Positions 19,001 to 27,722 of a DNA stretch of 64,000 bases are shown one piece after another. Where the stretch lies: assembly GCA_052033715.1 (NCBI GenBank), contig JBPOJJ010000002.1, positions 94,408-158,407 on the forward strand, written 5' to 3'. The translations under genes and the position numbers were made by a program. The notes below the pieces were generated by a model, which saw only the letters and a program-made list of their open reading frames with translations, was not told the DNA's origin and did no database searches. Every line of letters begins with the position of its first letter. Position 1 is the first letter of the stretch. This stretch comes from Patescibacteria group bacterium (GTDB taxonomy: Bacteria > Patescibacteriota > Minisyncoccia > Phycocordibacterales > CSBR16-119).

Positions 19001-19741
19001 ATGGCCACATATGCCCTACTGAGCGTCGTCGTCGTCAGCCTCGTTTCCCTCATCGGGGTTTTTGCCTTGTCTATCAAAGAAGGACGCGTACGCAAATATC
19101 TTTTCATCCTTGTATCGCTTGCCGTCGGTGCGCTTTTGGGTGATGCGTTCATCCACCTCGTCCCCGAGGCATTTGAAATCTCTGCTAACACGACCACTAC
19201 CGCCCTACTCATCATCGGCGGAGTATTAGCGTTTTTCATCATCGAAAAATTCCTGCACTGGCATCATCATGACGATGACACCGCGCATAACCACGTCCAT
19301 CCGGTCGGCAAGCTTATCCTCATTTCTGACGGCGTACACAATCTTATAGACGGTATCATTATCGGCGCTGCATATTTTGTGAGCATTGAAGTCGGCGTCG
19401 CGACGACGATTGCCGTCATCCTCCATGAAATCCCTCAGGAAATCGGCGACTTCGGCGTATTGCTCCATGCTGGATATTCGAAACGAAAAGCTCTCTGGTT
19501 CAATTTCCTCTCAGCGCTTTTCGCTATCGTCGGAGTTGTAATCGCGCTTGCTCTTGGTGAAAATTCTGAAACGTTTATTAATTCAATCCTTCCAATTGCG
19601 GCCGGTGGATTTATTTACATTGCTCTCTCTGATCTAATTCCCGAACTCAATAAAACAAAATCTGGCAAGCAATCCATCTATCAGATACTCGCGGTTATCG
19701 TGGGTGTGCTCGCTATGGTCGCACTCGTCGCTCTCGAGTAA
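19001..19741 (+). CDS. zupT: ZIP-family zinc transporter
   Basis: HNLIDGIIIGAAY and HEIPQEIGDFGVL motifs. Histidine-rich loop (HWHHHDDDTAHNHVH). 8 TM. Confidence 0.85.
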   Translation: MATYALLSVVVVSLVSLIGVFALSIKEGRVRKYLFILVSLAVGALLGDAFIHLVPEAFEISANTTTTALLIIGGVLAFFIIEKFLHWHHHDDDTAHNHVHPVGKLILISDGVHNLIDGIIIGAAYFVSIEVGVATTIAVILHEIPQEIGDFGVLLHAGYSKRKALWFNFLSALFAIVGVVIALALGENSETFINSILPIAAGGFIYIALSDLIPELNKTKSGKQSIYQILAVIVGVLAMVALVALE

Positions 19742-19797
19742 TTACCCCAAACAGAAAGACCCACGCCATATGGCGTGGGTCTTTCTGTCAGAGCAGA

Positions 19798-19995
19798 TTA
19801 TGCTCGTGTGATGTTCTTCGCACTAGGTCCTTTGTCACTTTCAACCAAGTCAAAGTTTAGTGTGTCTCCGACTTTCAAGTCTTCAAAAGCAACACCTTGC
19901 AAATCTTTGGCATGAAAGAATAGATCCTTTTCTTCGCCTTCGCGAGCGATGAATCCAAAACCTCTGTCCGTAAGAGTTTTAATTGTTCCAGTCAT
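19798..19995 (-). CDS. cspA: Cold-shock protein (CspA family)
   Basis: MTGTIKTLTDRGFGFIAREG...FFHAKDLQG carries the RNP1 and RNP2 motifs. ORF-track N-terminal extension to 20094 rejected because it reads through the upstream terminator hairpin and promoter. Confidence 0.85.
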   Translation of the reverse strand: MTGTIKTLTDRGFGFIAREGEEKDLFFHAKDLQGVAFEDLKVGDTLNFDLVESDKGPSAKNITRA

Positions 19996-20075
19996 TTGTT
20001 TTTTATATTTTTCTGCAGAAACCCCGACCTCAATTTCTAATGGGAGTATAATAGCACACCCACATAGAAAGTAAA

Positions 20076-20120
20076 CCCCCACACCAATTTTCATAGAATT
20101 TTAGAAAATTGGTGTGGGGG
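20076..20120 (-). terminator. Perfect 17-bp-stem hairpin immediately after the pif1-like stop codon (CCCCCACACCAATTTTC ... GAAAATTGGTGTGGGGG)
   Basis: Inverted repeat seen directly. It shares its arm sequence with the hairpin after polA (54085-54219). Confidence 0.55.
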
Positions 20121-20125
20121 TAAAG

Positions 20126-21829
20126 CTATTTGGGGACAAAGACCCGAGCCAGCCTAATATCCTCAAAAGACATGTCGTTTCCCGCCCTTTTCAACTGACT
20201 CTTTATATAAGCGAGTTTTCCCTCACTTTTGGGTACATATTTAGCTACTAGTTCGATATTAGCCTCGGCCGGTCGCAAGTATTCCAGATCAATTTCGGGA
20301 AAGTCAGTCGCGATTTGCTCTATGTGATTGATTATGGTGCTCAAGACCAAACCTCGTTCGTCCATAATTTCTTCGATCGACTTTTTCTCCTCGATTAATT
20401 TCCGCGTAATCTCAAGAGTTGAAACTTTTTTCTTCGGTCCGCCGAAGCCTTTGGCGGAGGCGACTATCGTTCCCCCGTTTCGTTCAATAAAAGCATTAAC
20501 GAGTTTCTTGTGTTCGGCGTCCGAGAGCTTACCAAACATTTCGGCGTTCTCATCTGATTCAATTTGCAAACTTTCGTCAAAGGCGAGAATCCGTGGATCC
20601 ATCGACAAAGATTCAGCATTAAATCCAACAAGTCTCAAGCCCTCGAGTTTGCGCACACGCGACAGCGCCACATAGCCCATGCCGTATGTAAAAGTTTTCG
20701 ACAAATCAATTTCGGCGTAATCGAGACTCATGCCCTGACTTTTGTGTATGGTTATGGCCCAAGCGAGTCGTAGCGGATACTGGATAATTTCTGCTTTTAT
20801 TTTTCCTTCTTCGTCAATCTTCCAAGATTCCTGACCGACTTCAATGCGTCGTCCGTCGAGAGTCTCGACAATCGGGTCACCGCTCACTGCAAAATCAACC
20901 ACGGTTCCCTGTGTGCCATTTACGTATCCTTTCTCAGTATTATTTTTCACAAACATTACTTTGGCGCCGACTTTCAGCCGGAGTTCAAAACTCGCCAAAC
21001 ACGATTTTTTTAAAATCTCGATCAGGTTCGTTCGGCCTTTTGAGTACATGTCGAACTTTTTCTCGGTGCTGGAAATTTTCTGAAGTTCAACTAAATTTAT
21101 CGTGTCGACGTCGGCATTGTGCGTGTAAAGTCTAGTCGGCATGACGTGTGTTGGCAGTTCGGCGTGTAGACGCTCTTCGATTATTCCAAAGTTTTCTTCG
21201 TAGACATTGCCCTCACGGATATTATTTAAAATCTTTGTGTACACGTCGTCTTCTTGGCGATGCTGTTCAGTCAAATAGCACACGGCCGGCTTCATGCGGG
21301 CCCAAGCGTCAGAATAAAAAACGAAATCTTTTTTTACTTCATCGGCATCTTGATTATCGTTATCCTCCTGATTCCAGCTTTTGGAAATTGGCGGGAGCTG
21401 GAAAAAGTCGCCCGAGAGAATTACCTGCATTCCACCGAAGGCCAACTCATTTCTTTTAAATGCTCTCGCCACGCGCTCGACCATATCGAGCGTTCGCGCA
21501 TGAAGCATCGAAACTTCATCGATGATTAGAACCTGCGTATCGGCAAAGCGTTTCGCAAGATATGGCTTCTGTGTCAGCGCATCGAGATCGTAGTCGGAAA
21601 GTGTGTCACGAATTCCGACACCCGAGAATCCATGGATCGTCATGCCGCCCATATGCGTGGCCGCAATTCCAGTCGAAGCTGTAACCGCAACAGATATGTT
21701 GTGATCACGAAGCCACTTGATGTATTGATTTAGGAGATATGTCTTGCCCGAACCAGCCGAACCTGATAAATATACGTTTACGCCTGTTTGCATAATTTTG
21801 AGAGCTTCCGCTTGAGTCATATCATTCAT
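20126..21829 (-). CDS. Pif1/RecD-like ATP-dependent DNA helicase with C-terminal HTH-like domain
   Basis: Walker A GSAGSGKTY, AAA_30-like N-domain, Pif1-type motifs (VLIIDEVSM, ILSGDFFQLPP), and a C-terminal helicase domain followed by a small alpha-helical domain. Confidence 0.8.
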   Translation of the reverse strand: MNDMTQAEALKIMQTGVNVYLSGSAGSGKTYLLNQYIKWLRDHNISVAVTASTGIAATHMGGMTIHGFSGVGIRDTLSDYDLDALTQKPYLAKRFADTQVLIIDEVSMLHARTLDMVERVARAFKRNELAFGGMQVILSGDFFQLPPISKSWNQEDNDNQDADEVKKDFVFYSDAWARMKPAVCYLTEQHRQEDDVYTKILNNIREGNVYEENFGIIEERLHAELPTHVMPTRLYTHNADVDTINLVELQKISSTEKKFDMYSKGRTNLIEILKKSCLASFELRLKVGAKVMFVKNNTEKGYVNGTQGTVVDFAVSGDPIVETLDGRRIEVGQESWKIDEEGKIKAEIIQYPLRLAWAITIHKSQGMSLDYAEIDLSKTFTYGMGYVALSRVRKLEGLRLVGFNAESLSMDPRILAFDESLQIESDENAEMFGKLSDAEHKKLVNAFIERNGGTIVASAKGFGGPKKKVSTLEITRKLIEEKKSIEEIMDERGLVLSTIINHIEQIATDFPEIDLEYLRPAEANIELVAKYVPKSEGKLAYIKSQLKRAGNDMSFEDIRLARVFVPK

Positions 21830-21872
21830 TGTAACAAAAGAAGCTCTCGCGAGCTTCTTTTGTTTTTTTATT

Positions 21873-22256
21873 TTATTTAAACCAACTTGTGAGCCAACCT
21901 TTCATCATCTGTATCTCATCTGTCTGGGCCTTTATGATATTGTTCGCAAGATTAATTAATTCCGGCCTTTTGGATTTTTCAAGCACGGCTTCGGCCATGA
22001 CGACTGCACCCTCATGATGAACAATCATTTCAGACAGGAACGCTTGATCAAACTCATCGCCCTTTTTACCTTCGAGCTCTGACATCATGTCAGTCATCAT
22101 GGCATCCATGCTCATTGATTCATCATGCATCATCGTGCCGTCTGGCATCATGTGCATACTTCTCTCTCCACCTCGTGTACCCCAAACCAAGTATCCAACC
22201 AAAACCCCAAGCACCAACGCAACGACGATATAAATTGTGTTATTTTTATTTTCCAT
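21873..22256 (-). CDS. DUF305-family protein (four-helix bundle, metal-resistance-associated) with N-terminal TM
   Basis: HHEGAVVMAE and IIKAQTDEIQMMKGWL motifs typical of DUF305. His/Met-rich linker. Confidence 0.6.
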   Translation of the reverse strand: MENKNNTIYIVVALVLGVLVGYLVWGTRGGERSMHMMPDGTMMHDESMSMDAMMTDMMSELEGKKGDEFDQAFLSEMIVHHEGAVVMAEAVLEKSKRPELINLANNIIKAQTDEIQMMKGWLTSWFK

Positions 22257-22273
22257 AAATTCTTATTAAATTA

Positions 22274-22921
22274 TTAACTTATAAACAACATTATAATCCC
22301 AAGCACCATCATCCCAAAGTCCTCGATCAGGGTAACTTTCGTAAGCGGAACCTTGAGGAACGTCCCCAAACATGCGCACATAAACGGCTCTTTCTTGGTA
22401 ATCTTTATCGCAACACCGAGTCCGCTAAAACCCATGACTATTACTTCAGCCCACAATAACCCTGTAGACATTGCGCCGACAAGCATAGACAAGCCGAAGA
22501 AAAGTTCAATAAACGGGTAGATGTATCCGTAGCCTTTCCACTTCGATGCGAGCAAGTCGTATGTCGAATACCCTTCGGCAAATCCTGGCAGGTCCATAAG
22601 TTTAAACATCGCGAACACCAGAAAGAATCCGACCATGAAATATGAGATAGATGACTGCGCCATGACAACTCCAATGTTTGTATCACGAACAGTCAGAACA
22701 ATCGTCGCCATCAATATCACGCCGACAACAGAGATGAGCGGTAGATAACTTTTCCAAGTTATCGGGCCGAGACCTTGATCTTCGATCGGCGCGACGTTAA
22801 TTCGCGTCGAACCTTCTGGCGCATGATGGTCGCAATAGTAATGAACTAGGCCGGATGCATCACGCTTGGTGTGTGTTCCCTCCATACTGCAGAGTTCACA
22901 TTTTCTTTTTAGCATTTCCAT
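22274..22921 (-). CDS. Membrane protein (DoxX/MauE-like) with N-terminal Cys/His zinc-ribbon-like motif
   Basis: N-terminus CELCSMEGTH...YYCDHH followed by 4-5 TM helices. Confidence 0.4.
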   Translation of the reverse strand: MEMLKRKCELCSMEGTHTKRDASGLVHYYCDHHAPEGSTRINVAPIEDQGLGPITWKSYLPLISVVGVILMATIVLTVRDTNIGVVMAQSSISYFMVGFFLVFAMFKLMDLPGFAEGYSTYDLLASKWKGYGYIYPFIELFFGLSMLVGAMSTGLLWAEVIVMGFSGLGVAIKITKKEPFMCACLGTFLKVPLTKVTLIEDFGMMVLGIIMLFIS

Positions 22922-23047
22922 ATCTGAAGTATATCGTGTTTAACCTTTTCGGGGAAAGGGTGTGAAACGGATAGTCTGTACCTGGATACCCTTACAAAAC
23001 AAGGCTAAAACACAAAACCCTCGACCAAAGGTTCGAGGGCTTTGTTT

Positions 23048-23123
23048 TGGGGTGGCTATCGGGAATCGAACCCGAATTGAGAGCTCCACAAGCTCCAGTG
23101 TTAACCGTTACACCATAGCCACC
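23048..23123 (-). tRNA. tRNA-His(GTG): tRNA-His (anticodon GTG) with extra 5' G(-1), CCA encoded
   Basis: Manual fold of reverse complement GGTGGCTATGGTGTAACGGTTAACACTGGAGCTTGTGGAGCTCTCAATTCGGGTTCGATTCCCGATAGCCACCCCA. Anticodon loop TTGTGGA. Followed by terminator hairpin (23021-23050). Confidence 0.8.
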
Positions 23124-23178
23124 ATGTTCATCGGTCGAAGCCGACGTCTGCTACCTTATCAATTTCTCCTCCGAAAGT

Positions 23179-24228
23179 CTATACGTTGGTCGTCGGACCA
23201 TTCCCGTCCGTTGGATGCTCTTTCTTATAGTTTCGCACCATTTTGCGATCAAGCAACTGACTCGCGACAACAGCGAAACACAACACAAGGCCGTAGAGTA
23301 TCACAGCAGTTTTGAAAGGAATTGGGATGGATTTGAGAGAGCCTAAAATGAAAATGATGTACCAGGAAGAGATTGAGATGCCGCCGAGCGCGAACGACAG
23401 TCGGCGCATAAAACGTACTCCGTTTTTGTCTGAATCTGCAGAATCCGAGAAATCCATCTGGAGCATTTTTGGTGAAACAACCAAGTTCAAGAACACACCA
23501 TTTATCGTCACCACCGCCACCGCGACAACTTTGGTTAGGAATTTGGGCGAGTCGAGAAGTCTTTCGGACGCTGGCAAGTATAGACCAATTCCGGTTAGGA
23601 TAATGACCCCGAGCGCGAACCAAATTATATTGGACAAAGTATCCATCATGTCCTTTTCGCCCTCTGAAATCTTGTAGTCTCTTAAAAACCTGAAGAAGAA
23701 AATGTCCGTTATCGTCGCTGTTCCAACCCCGACTGCCGCAGCCAATGCGTGCGCAACGATGATAAATGTCCTATATTCGGTCAAGAATCCAACGAGGTCG
23801 ATCTGACTACCAAAGACAGCCGTGATGAAAATAAACGTTGAAAATCCAGCCGAAAACAGACACCAGGTACACCATTTCTTAAGGACAAAAGCTTGGATGA
23901 AAATTAGATAAAGAGAAAAGACAAATGCGCCAATCGTCATGCCCATCATGATGAAAAGGACAGTGTCCGATAGAAGCCACGGGATTAGGACATTAAGGAC
24001 ATAAATCAAAACGACAAGTCCATAATAAAGGATCCCCATTGCCTCAACAGGGACGCCGAGGAATTTGGAATATTTACTGGTCGTCACAACTTCACATTCA
24101 CCGTTTAAAGGACAGACCATTGGTTGGGCGGTTTTCTTTTTCCAGAAGACGTATCCGGCGACGCTTAGTCCGGCTAAACCAAAAACAATTGGTCCAAAAC
24201 TAAAAAAAACTTGTTCAAAAATTGTCAT
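23179..24228 (-). CDS. Vitamin K epoxide reductase (VKOR)-family membrane oxidoreductase with C-terminal multi-TM extension
   Basis: CTWC (CxxC) in a TM helix after a Cys-containing loop (MVCPLNGEC). Extra ~180 aa membrane domain. Confidence 0.7.
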   Translation of the reverse strand: MTIFEQVFFSFGPIVFGLAGLSVAGYVFWKKKTAQPMVCPLNGECEVVTTSKYSKFLGVPVEAMGILYYGLVVLIYVLNVLIPWLLSDTVLFIMMGMTIGAFVFSLYLIFIQAFVLKKWCTWCLFSAGFSTFIFITAVFGSQIDLVGFLTEYRTFIIVAHALAAAVGVGTATITDIFFFRFLRDYKISEGEKDMMDTLSNIIWFALGVIILTGIGLYLPASERLLDSPKFLTKVVAVAVVTINGVFLNLVVSPKMLQMDFSDSADSDKNGVRFMRRLSFALGGISISSWYIIFILGSLKSIPIPFKTAVILYGLVLCFAVVASQLLDRKMVRNYKKEHPTDGNGPTTNV

Positions 24229-24496
24229 GGAAATATTTTAACATATCCAATGGGGACTCTGTCACGCATAAATTTCCTGACGGAAATTTTGCTTAAGCCC
24301 GTTTTTTAATTTGTGGTCACAAATAAGGACTCGCTCACGAGTTACTAATTCGCTACGCTTATAAGTACTCGCGAGCCCGCCTCGCAGTCGCTGGGGCGAC
24401 ACGGCTGCGACTTTCTCGTCCTGACAGAGGCCAAGCAGTTGGCCTCTTTCCCGGGCACAAAATAAAAAGACTGGCCAAAGCCAGCTTTCTATTTTG

Positions 24497-24578
24497 TGCC
24501 CGGGACAGGACTCGAACCTGCATGCCTTTCGGCGCTACCACCTCAAGGTAGTAAGTCTACCAGTTTCTCCACCCGGGC
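24497..24578 (-). tRNA. tRNA-Leu(GAG): tRNA-Leu (anticodon GAG), long variable arm
   Basis: Reverse complement GCCCGGGTGGAGAAACTGGTAGACTTACTACCTTGAGGTGGTAGCGCCGAAAGGCATGCAGGTTCGAGTCCTGTCCCGGGCA. Anticodon loop TTGAGGT. Confidence 0.75.
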
Positions 24579-24803
24579 ATAAACGCTATTCTAATAGATT
24601 TTTTATAAATTCTCTACCCTCGCCAGATTTTAGCCACTTTTCTTTTTTTCTGGCTTCCAAACGTATGCAAAATATTCCATAGCTTTTGTCTACCAACCTG
24701 CCGGCAGGCAGGTTTCTCCCCCCGGGCTTATGGAAAGATATTATCAGTTTTTTGAAAAAGTGAAAGGTCGCACAGAGATGCGACCTTTCAAAAGAAAACG
24801 AAC

Positions 24804-25160
24804 TCAGCCGACGACGAGCCTCTTCAGGTCCAGAGCAGAATTTCCACACAAGTGTTCAGCTGCCCTGACGATCAGGTAGAAGGAAACCCTGAATTCGCCA
24901 CCCGGATTTGGGGTGCGCTCAAGGCAGAGGAAGCATGTCACTGTCTGATCGTCATCGACACCGAACCTTCGAAAGGTCTCTTCCCGCAACGTCGTCTTGC
25001 GCAGTAAAAGATGGTAGTCGACAGAACTGTTCTTCAGATCCCTGAGGAAGGACTTTCCTTCCGAACCCTCAAACAAGGGTACTCCTTGGCTTGGTGGCAT
25101 GGGTATCAATGCCCTCTCTGGCGTTTTGTTCATCGCGTGCATGGTTTGCTTGTTCGTCAT
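24804..25160 (-). CDS. Hypothetical protein, GC-rich (~52%)
   Basis: AAGGAG Shine-Dalgarno 9 nt upstream of ATG. Rho-independent terminator hairpin at 24757-24785 followed by a T-run on the minus strand. No family recognised. Confidence 0.5.
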   Translation of the reverse strand: MTNKQTMHAMNKTPERALIPMPPSQGVPLFEGSEGKSFLRDLKNSSVDYHLLLRKTTLREETFRRFGVDDDQTVTCFLCLERTPNPGGEFRVSFYLIVRAAEHLCGNSALDLKRLVVG

Positions 25161-25223
25161 CTTTTATACTCCTTTTGAAAAATAAATCAATAAAAATTTC
25201 GAGTTTTTGAGTATAATAGCCGT

Positions 25224-25994
25224 ATGAAAATCATTTCTTGGAACGTAAACGGCATACGCGCGAATTTCAAAAAAGGTGCGTTCGCCGAGATTTTTAAATT
25301 AAATCCGAATATTCTGTGCCTCCAAGAAACCAAGGCCGAACCATCACAGCTCACAGAAGAAATCTTGAAGCCCAAAGGTTACACGTCATATTTCTCAAGT
25401 TCGAAAATCAAAAAAGGCTACAGCGGTGTGGCAATTTATACGAAAGAAATTCCAGAAAAAGTTACGTATGGAATTGATATGCCCGGTGACGATGATGAGG
25501 GCCGTACCGTCACGGCGCATTACACCGACTTTATTCTCATAAACTGCTACTTCCCCAACGGCGGCGGCGCACCGGAACGTCTGGAATACAAACTAGAATT
25601 CTACGACGCATTTTTGAAATACGTAAATAAATTAAGGAAGGCCGGGAAGCGCATAATTTTTACTGGTGATGTGAATGTTGCGCACACTGAAATAGATATT
25701 GCGAGACCAAAAGAAAATGAAACGCATGTCGGATTCCTCCCCGAAGAACGTGCTTGGGTAGACGAAGTTATCGCTGATGGTTACGTCGACGTGTTTAGGA
25801 ATGTCAATCCGATGAAGAAAGATGTTTACACATACTGGGATCAGAAGAGCGCCGCACGTGAACGCAACGTCGGTTGGCGTATCGACTACTTCTTTGCTTC
25901 ATCTTCAATAATAAAAAATATTAAATCTTTCAAAACTCATGCCGACATCTTCGGCTCGGATCATTGTCCGATCTCCATCGAACTTAATATATAA
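25224..25994 (+). CDS. xth: Exodeoxyribonuclease III (AP endonuclease)
   Basis: MKIISWNVNGIRA..., LCLQETK and GDVNVAHTEID motifs. TATAAT 7 nt upstream of ATG suggests leaderless mRNA. Confidence 0.9.
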   Translation: MKIISWNVNGIRANFKKGAFAEIFKLNPNILCLQETKAEPSQLTEEILKPKGYTSYFSSSKIKKGYSGVAIYTKEIPEKVTYGIDMPGDDDEGRTVTAHYTDFILINCYFPNGGGAPERLEYKLEFYDAFLKYVNKLRKAGKRIIFTGDVNVAHTEIDIARPKENETHVGFLPEERAWVDEVIADGYVDVFRNVNPMKKDVYTYWDQKSAARERNVGWRIDYFFASSSIIKNIKSFKTHADIFGSDHCPISIELNI

Positions 25995-26044
25995 AGTGCA
26001 AACAGCCCTCGTTCACGAGGGCTGTTTGCCAAGAGTGGTCTTGG

Positions 26045-26851
26045 CTACTGCACATAATACCGCACACCTACGCGCCATCCGTCAGTGACCTTGTAGCCGA
26101 TACGAGCCAATTCGTCGCGCTCTGCTTCTTCGGGCATGACGACAAGTCCTTCGAGCACAACATGCGGAACCGGCTTAAAAGAAATACCGGCGCCGTACCC
26201 AGTGAACATCTCCTGAGTCAGCACGACCTCAAGACTTCGCAAGGGCAAGACTTTTTTGGCCGGAACAAGTAGGTGCCCGAGTCGGCCAGTGGCCCTGATG
26301 AACGAATGCATGTCGTTCAGTTCGAAAGTATTCGAGATCAGGAATGTCCAATGCTTCTGAGACGTCTGCATGTACGCGCCCCACAAAGGATACGTATCGA
26401 ACATTTTACTTCGACGAGTAATGAAATTCCCGTCCGAAGCAACATGGCGATAGTATTTGCCACTAGACACTCCGAAGCTCCATCGAAGTGGACGACATGT
26501 TACTCCGAGACTGATCCGCGACGAAATGTAGTGCGACGGATAGCCGTCTAGACCCACCAAAACGTAGGGCTCGAAAAGATGATCTCTCTTGGCGGGAAAG
26601 TAGAATTGAATTTCCATTTGTCCGCCATACAAACGAGATCTCGATTCCACGTCGCCCAACCGCTTGGTCTGGTTGTCGGTCATGGATTCGGTTCGCGGAA
26701 TCATGCAATCGAATCGAAGTAACACGATAACGTCGTTAGTCGTGTCCGCGCGGTTTGGGATAAAATCCGAAACCAGGTTCATCGCTAGTTGGGCCGAGGC
26801 AGTAAGCCAAGAGATTCCAACAGCAAAAATCAAGCAACACATCGTCTTCAT
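26045..26851 (-). CDS. Secreted hypothetical protein, GC-rich (~53%), C-terminal amphipathic beta-strand pattern (beta-barrel-like)
   Basis: Signal peptide MKTMCCLIFAVGISWLTASAQ. Alternating hydrophobic pattern ending ...GWRVGVRYYVQ. Composition strongly atypical versus flanks. Confidence 0.5.
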   Translation of the reverse strand: MKTMCCLIFAVGISWLTASAQLAMNLVSDFIPNRADTTNDVIVLLRFDCMIPRTESMTDNQTKRLGDVESRSRLYGGQMEIQFYFPAKRDHLFEPYVLVGLDGYPSHYISSRISLGVTCRPLRWSFGVSSGKYYRHVASDGNFITRRSKMFDTYPLWGAYMQTSQKHWTFLISNTFELNDMHSFIRATGRLGHLLVPAKKVLPLRSLEVVLTQEMFTGYGAGISFKPVPHVVLEGLVVMPEEAERDELARIGYKVTDGWRVGVRYYVQ

Positions 26852-26935
26852 GGCTTGGGGGTTTATGTGTGGTGGAAAGGACTGTTTCTGTCATTTACAT
26901 TTTACTATATAAAAATAAGCGCTTATAATTAGACC

Positions 26936-27373
26936 ATGCACGATCACGAGAAGAAAAAGTTAGACGAACAACATCCTCTAAACAAAAAGACGGGCAAAGA
27001 ACTCTACAACTTTGTAAAAAGTATGAAGAGTATTGGTCACGCTTGGCGCGGAATAATTGTATTCCTAAAAACGACAAACAATTTACGTTTCCATATTATG
27101 GTCGGCGTCATTGTTGTCTATTTTGGTTTTTATTTTCACATCACCACGACTGAGTGGCTTTTCCTGGTCCTCGCTATCACCATGGTCATCGCAGCCGAAT
27201 GTTTCAACACCGCTATCGAATTTGACATTGATCTGACCTCCCCCGAATATCACCCTTATGCCAAATACACCAAAGACGTCGCCGCCGGCGCTGTGCTTCT
27301 GACCTCTATCGGAGCTGTTGTTGTGGGACTCATCATTTTTATCCCCAAATTCATCCTTTTCTTCTGCTCTTGA
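26936..27373 (+). CDS. dgkA: Diacylglycerol/undecaprenol kinase (DgkA family)
   Basis: Three TM helices and AAECFNTAIE motif. 145 aa. Confidence 0.8.
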   Translation: MHDHEKKKLDEQHPLNKKTGKELYNFVKSMKSIGHAWRGIIVFLKTTNNLRFHIMVGVIVVYFGFYFHITTTEWLFLVLAITMVIAAECFNTAIEFDIDLTSPEYHPYAKYTKDVAAGAVLLTSIGAVVVGLIIFIPKFILFFCS

Positions 27374-27722
27374 CTTTTTTACCTGTGCATGTTATTGTTC
27401 AACTAAGCAGAACATCTCATGTGGATCATCAAGGAACTGATCGATGGGTTTGCCCGACTGACACCGTCAGACGGAATTACCCTTAGCGTAGCAACGGGCT
27501 TACTGGCCACCCTACTGACCTGGGGTATCAATAAGCTCGAGAGCCTGGCAAAGGCTCGTGCATGAAGATCGTTGAACTACGTGGACACAGCGTTTGAAGA
27601 GAAGGCACCGGCACACAGTCATGGTGGAATGGGTGGCGGCATGGACAAGACGCAAGTCGCGTCCAGCGCATCTCTTTGATCGAAGGGCCTCGCACGAGCG
27701 GGGTCCTTTGTCTTTTTAATAA

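Noticed and set aside
19996-20094. N-terminal 33-aa extension of the cspA ORF in the ORF track
   Set aside because: The extension reads through the pif1 terminator hairpin and promoter-like sequence. Canonical Csp begins MTGTIKT... at 19995.
24359-24541. 60 aa minus-strand ORF
   Set aside because: Overlaps tRNA-Leu and its structured trailer. Arg/Ala-rich translation of GC-rich hairpin DNA.
24586-24849. 87 aa minus-strand ORF
   Set aside because: Overlaps the terminator and 3' end of the 24804-25160 gene and the palindrome copy. No independent support.
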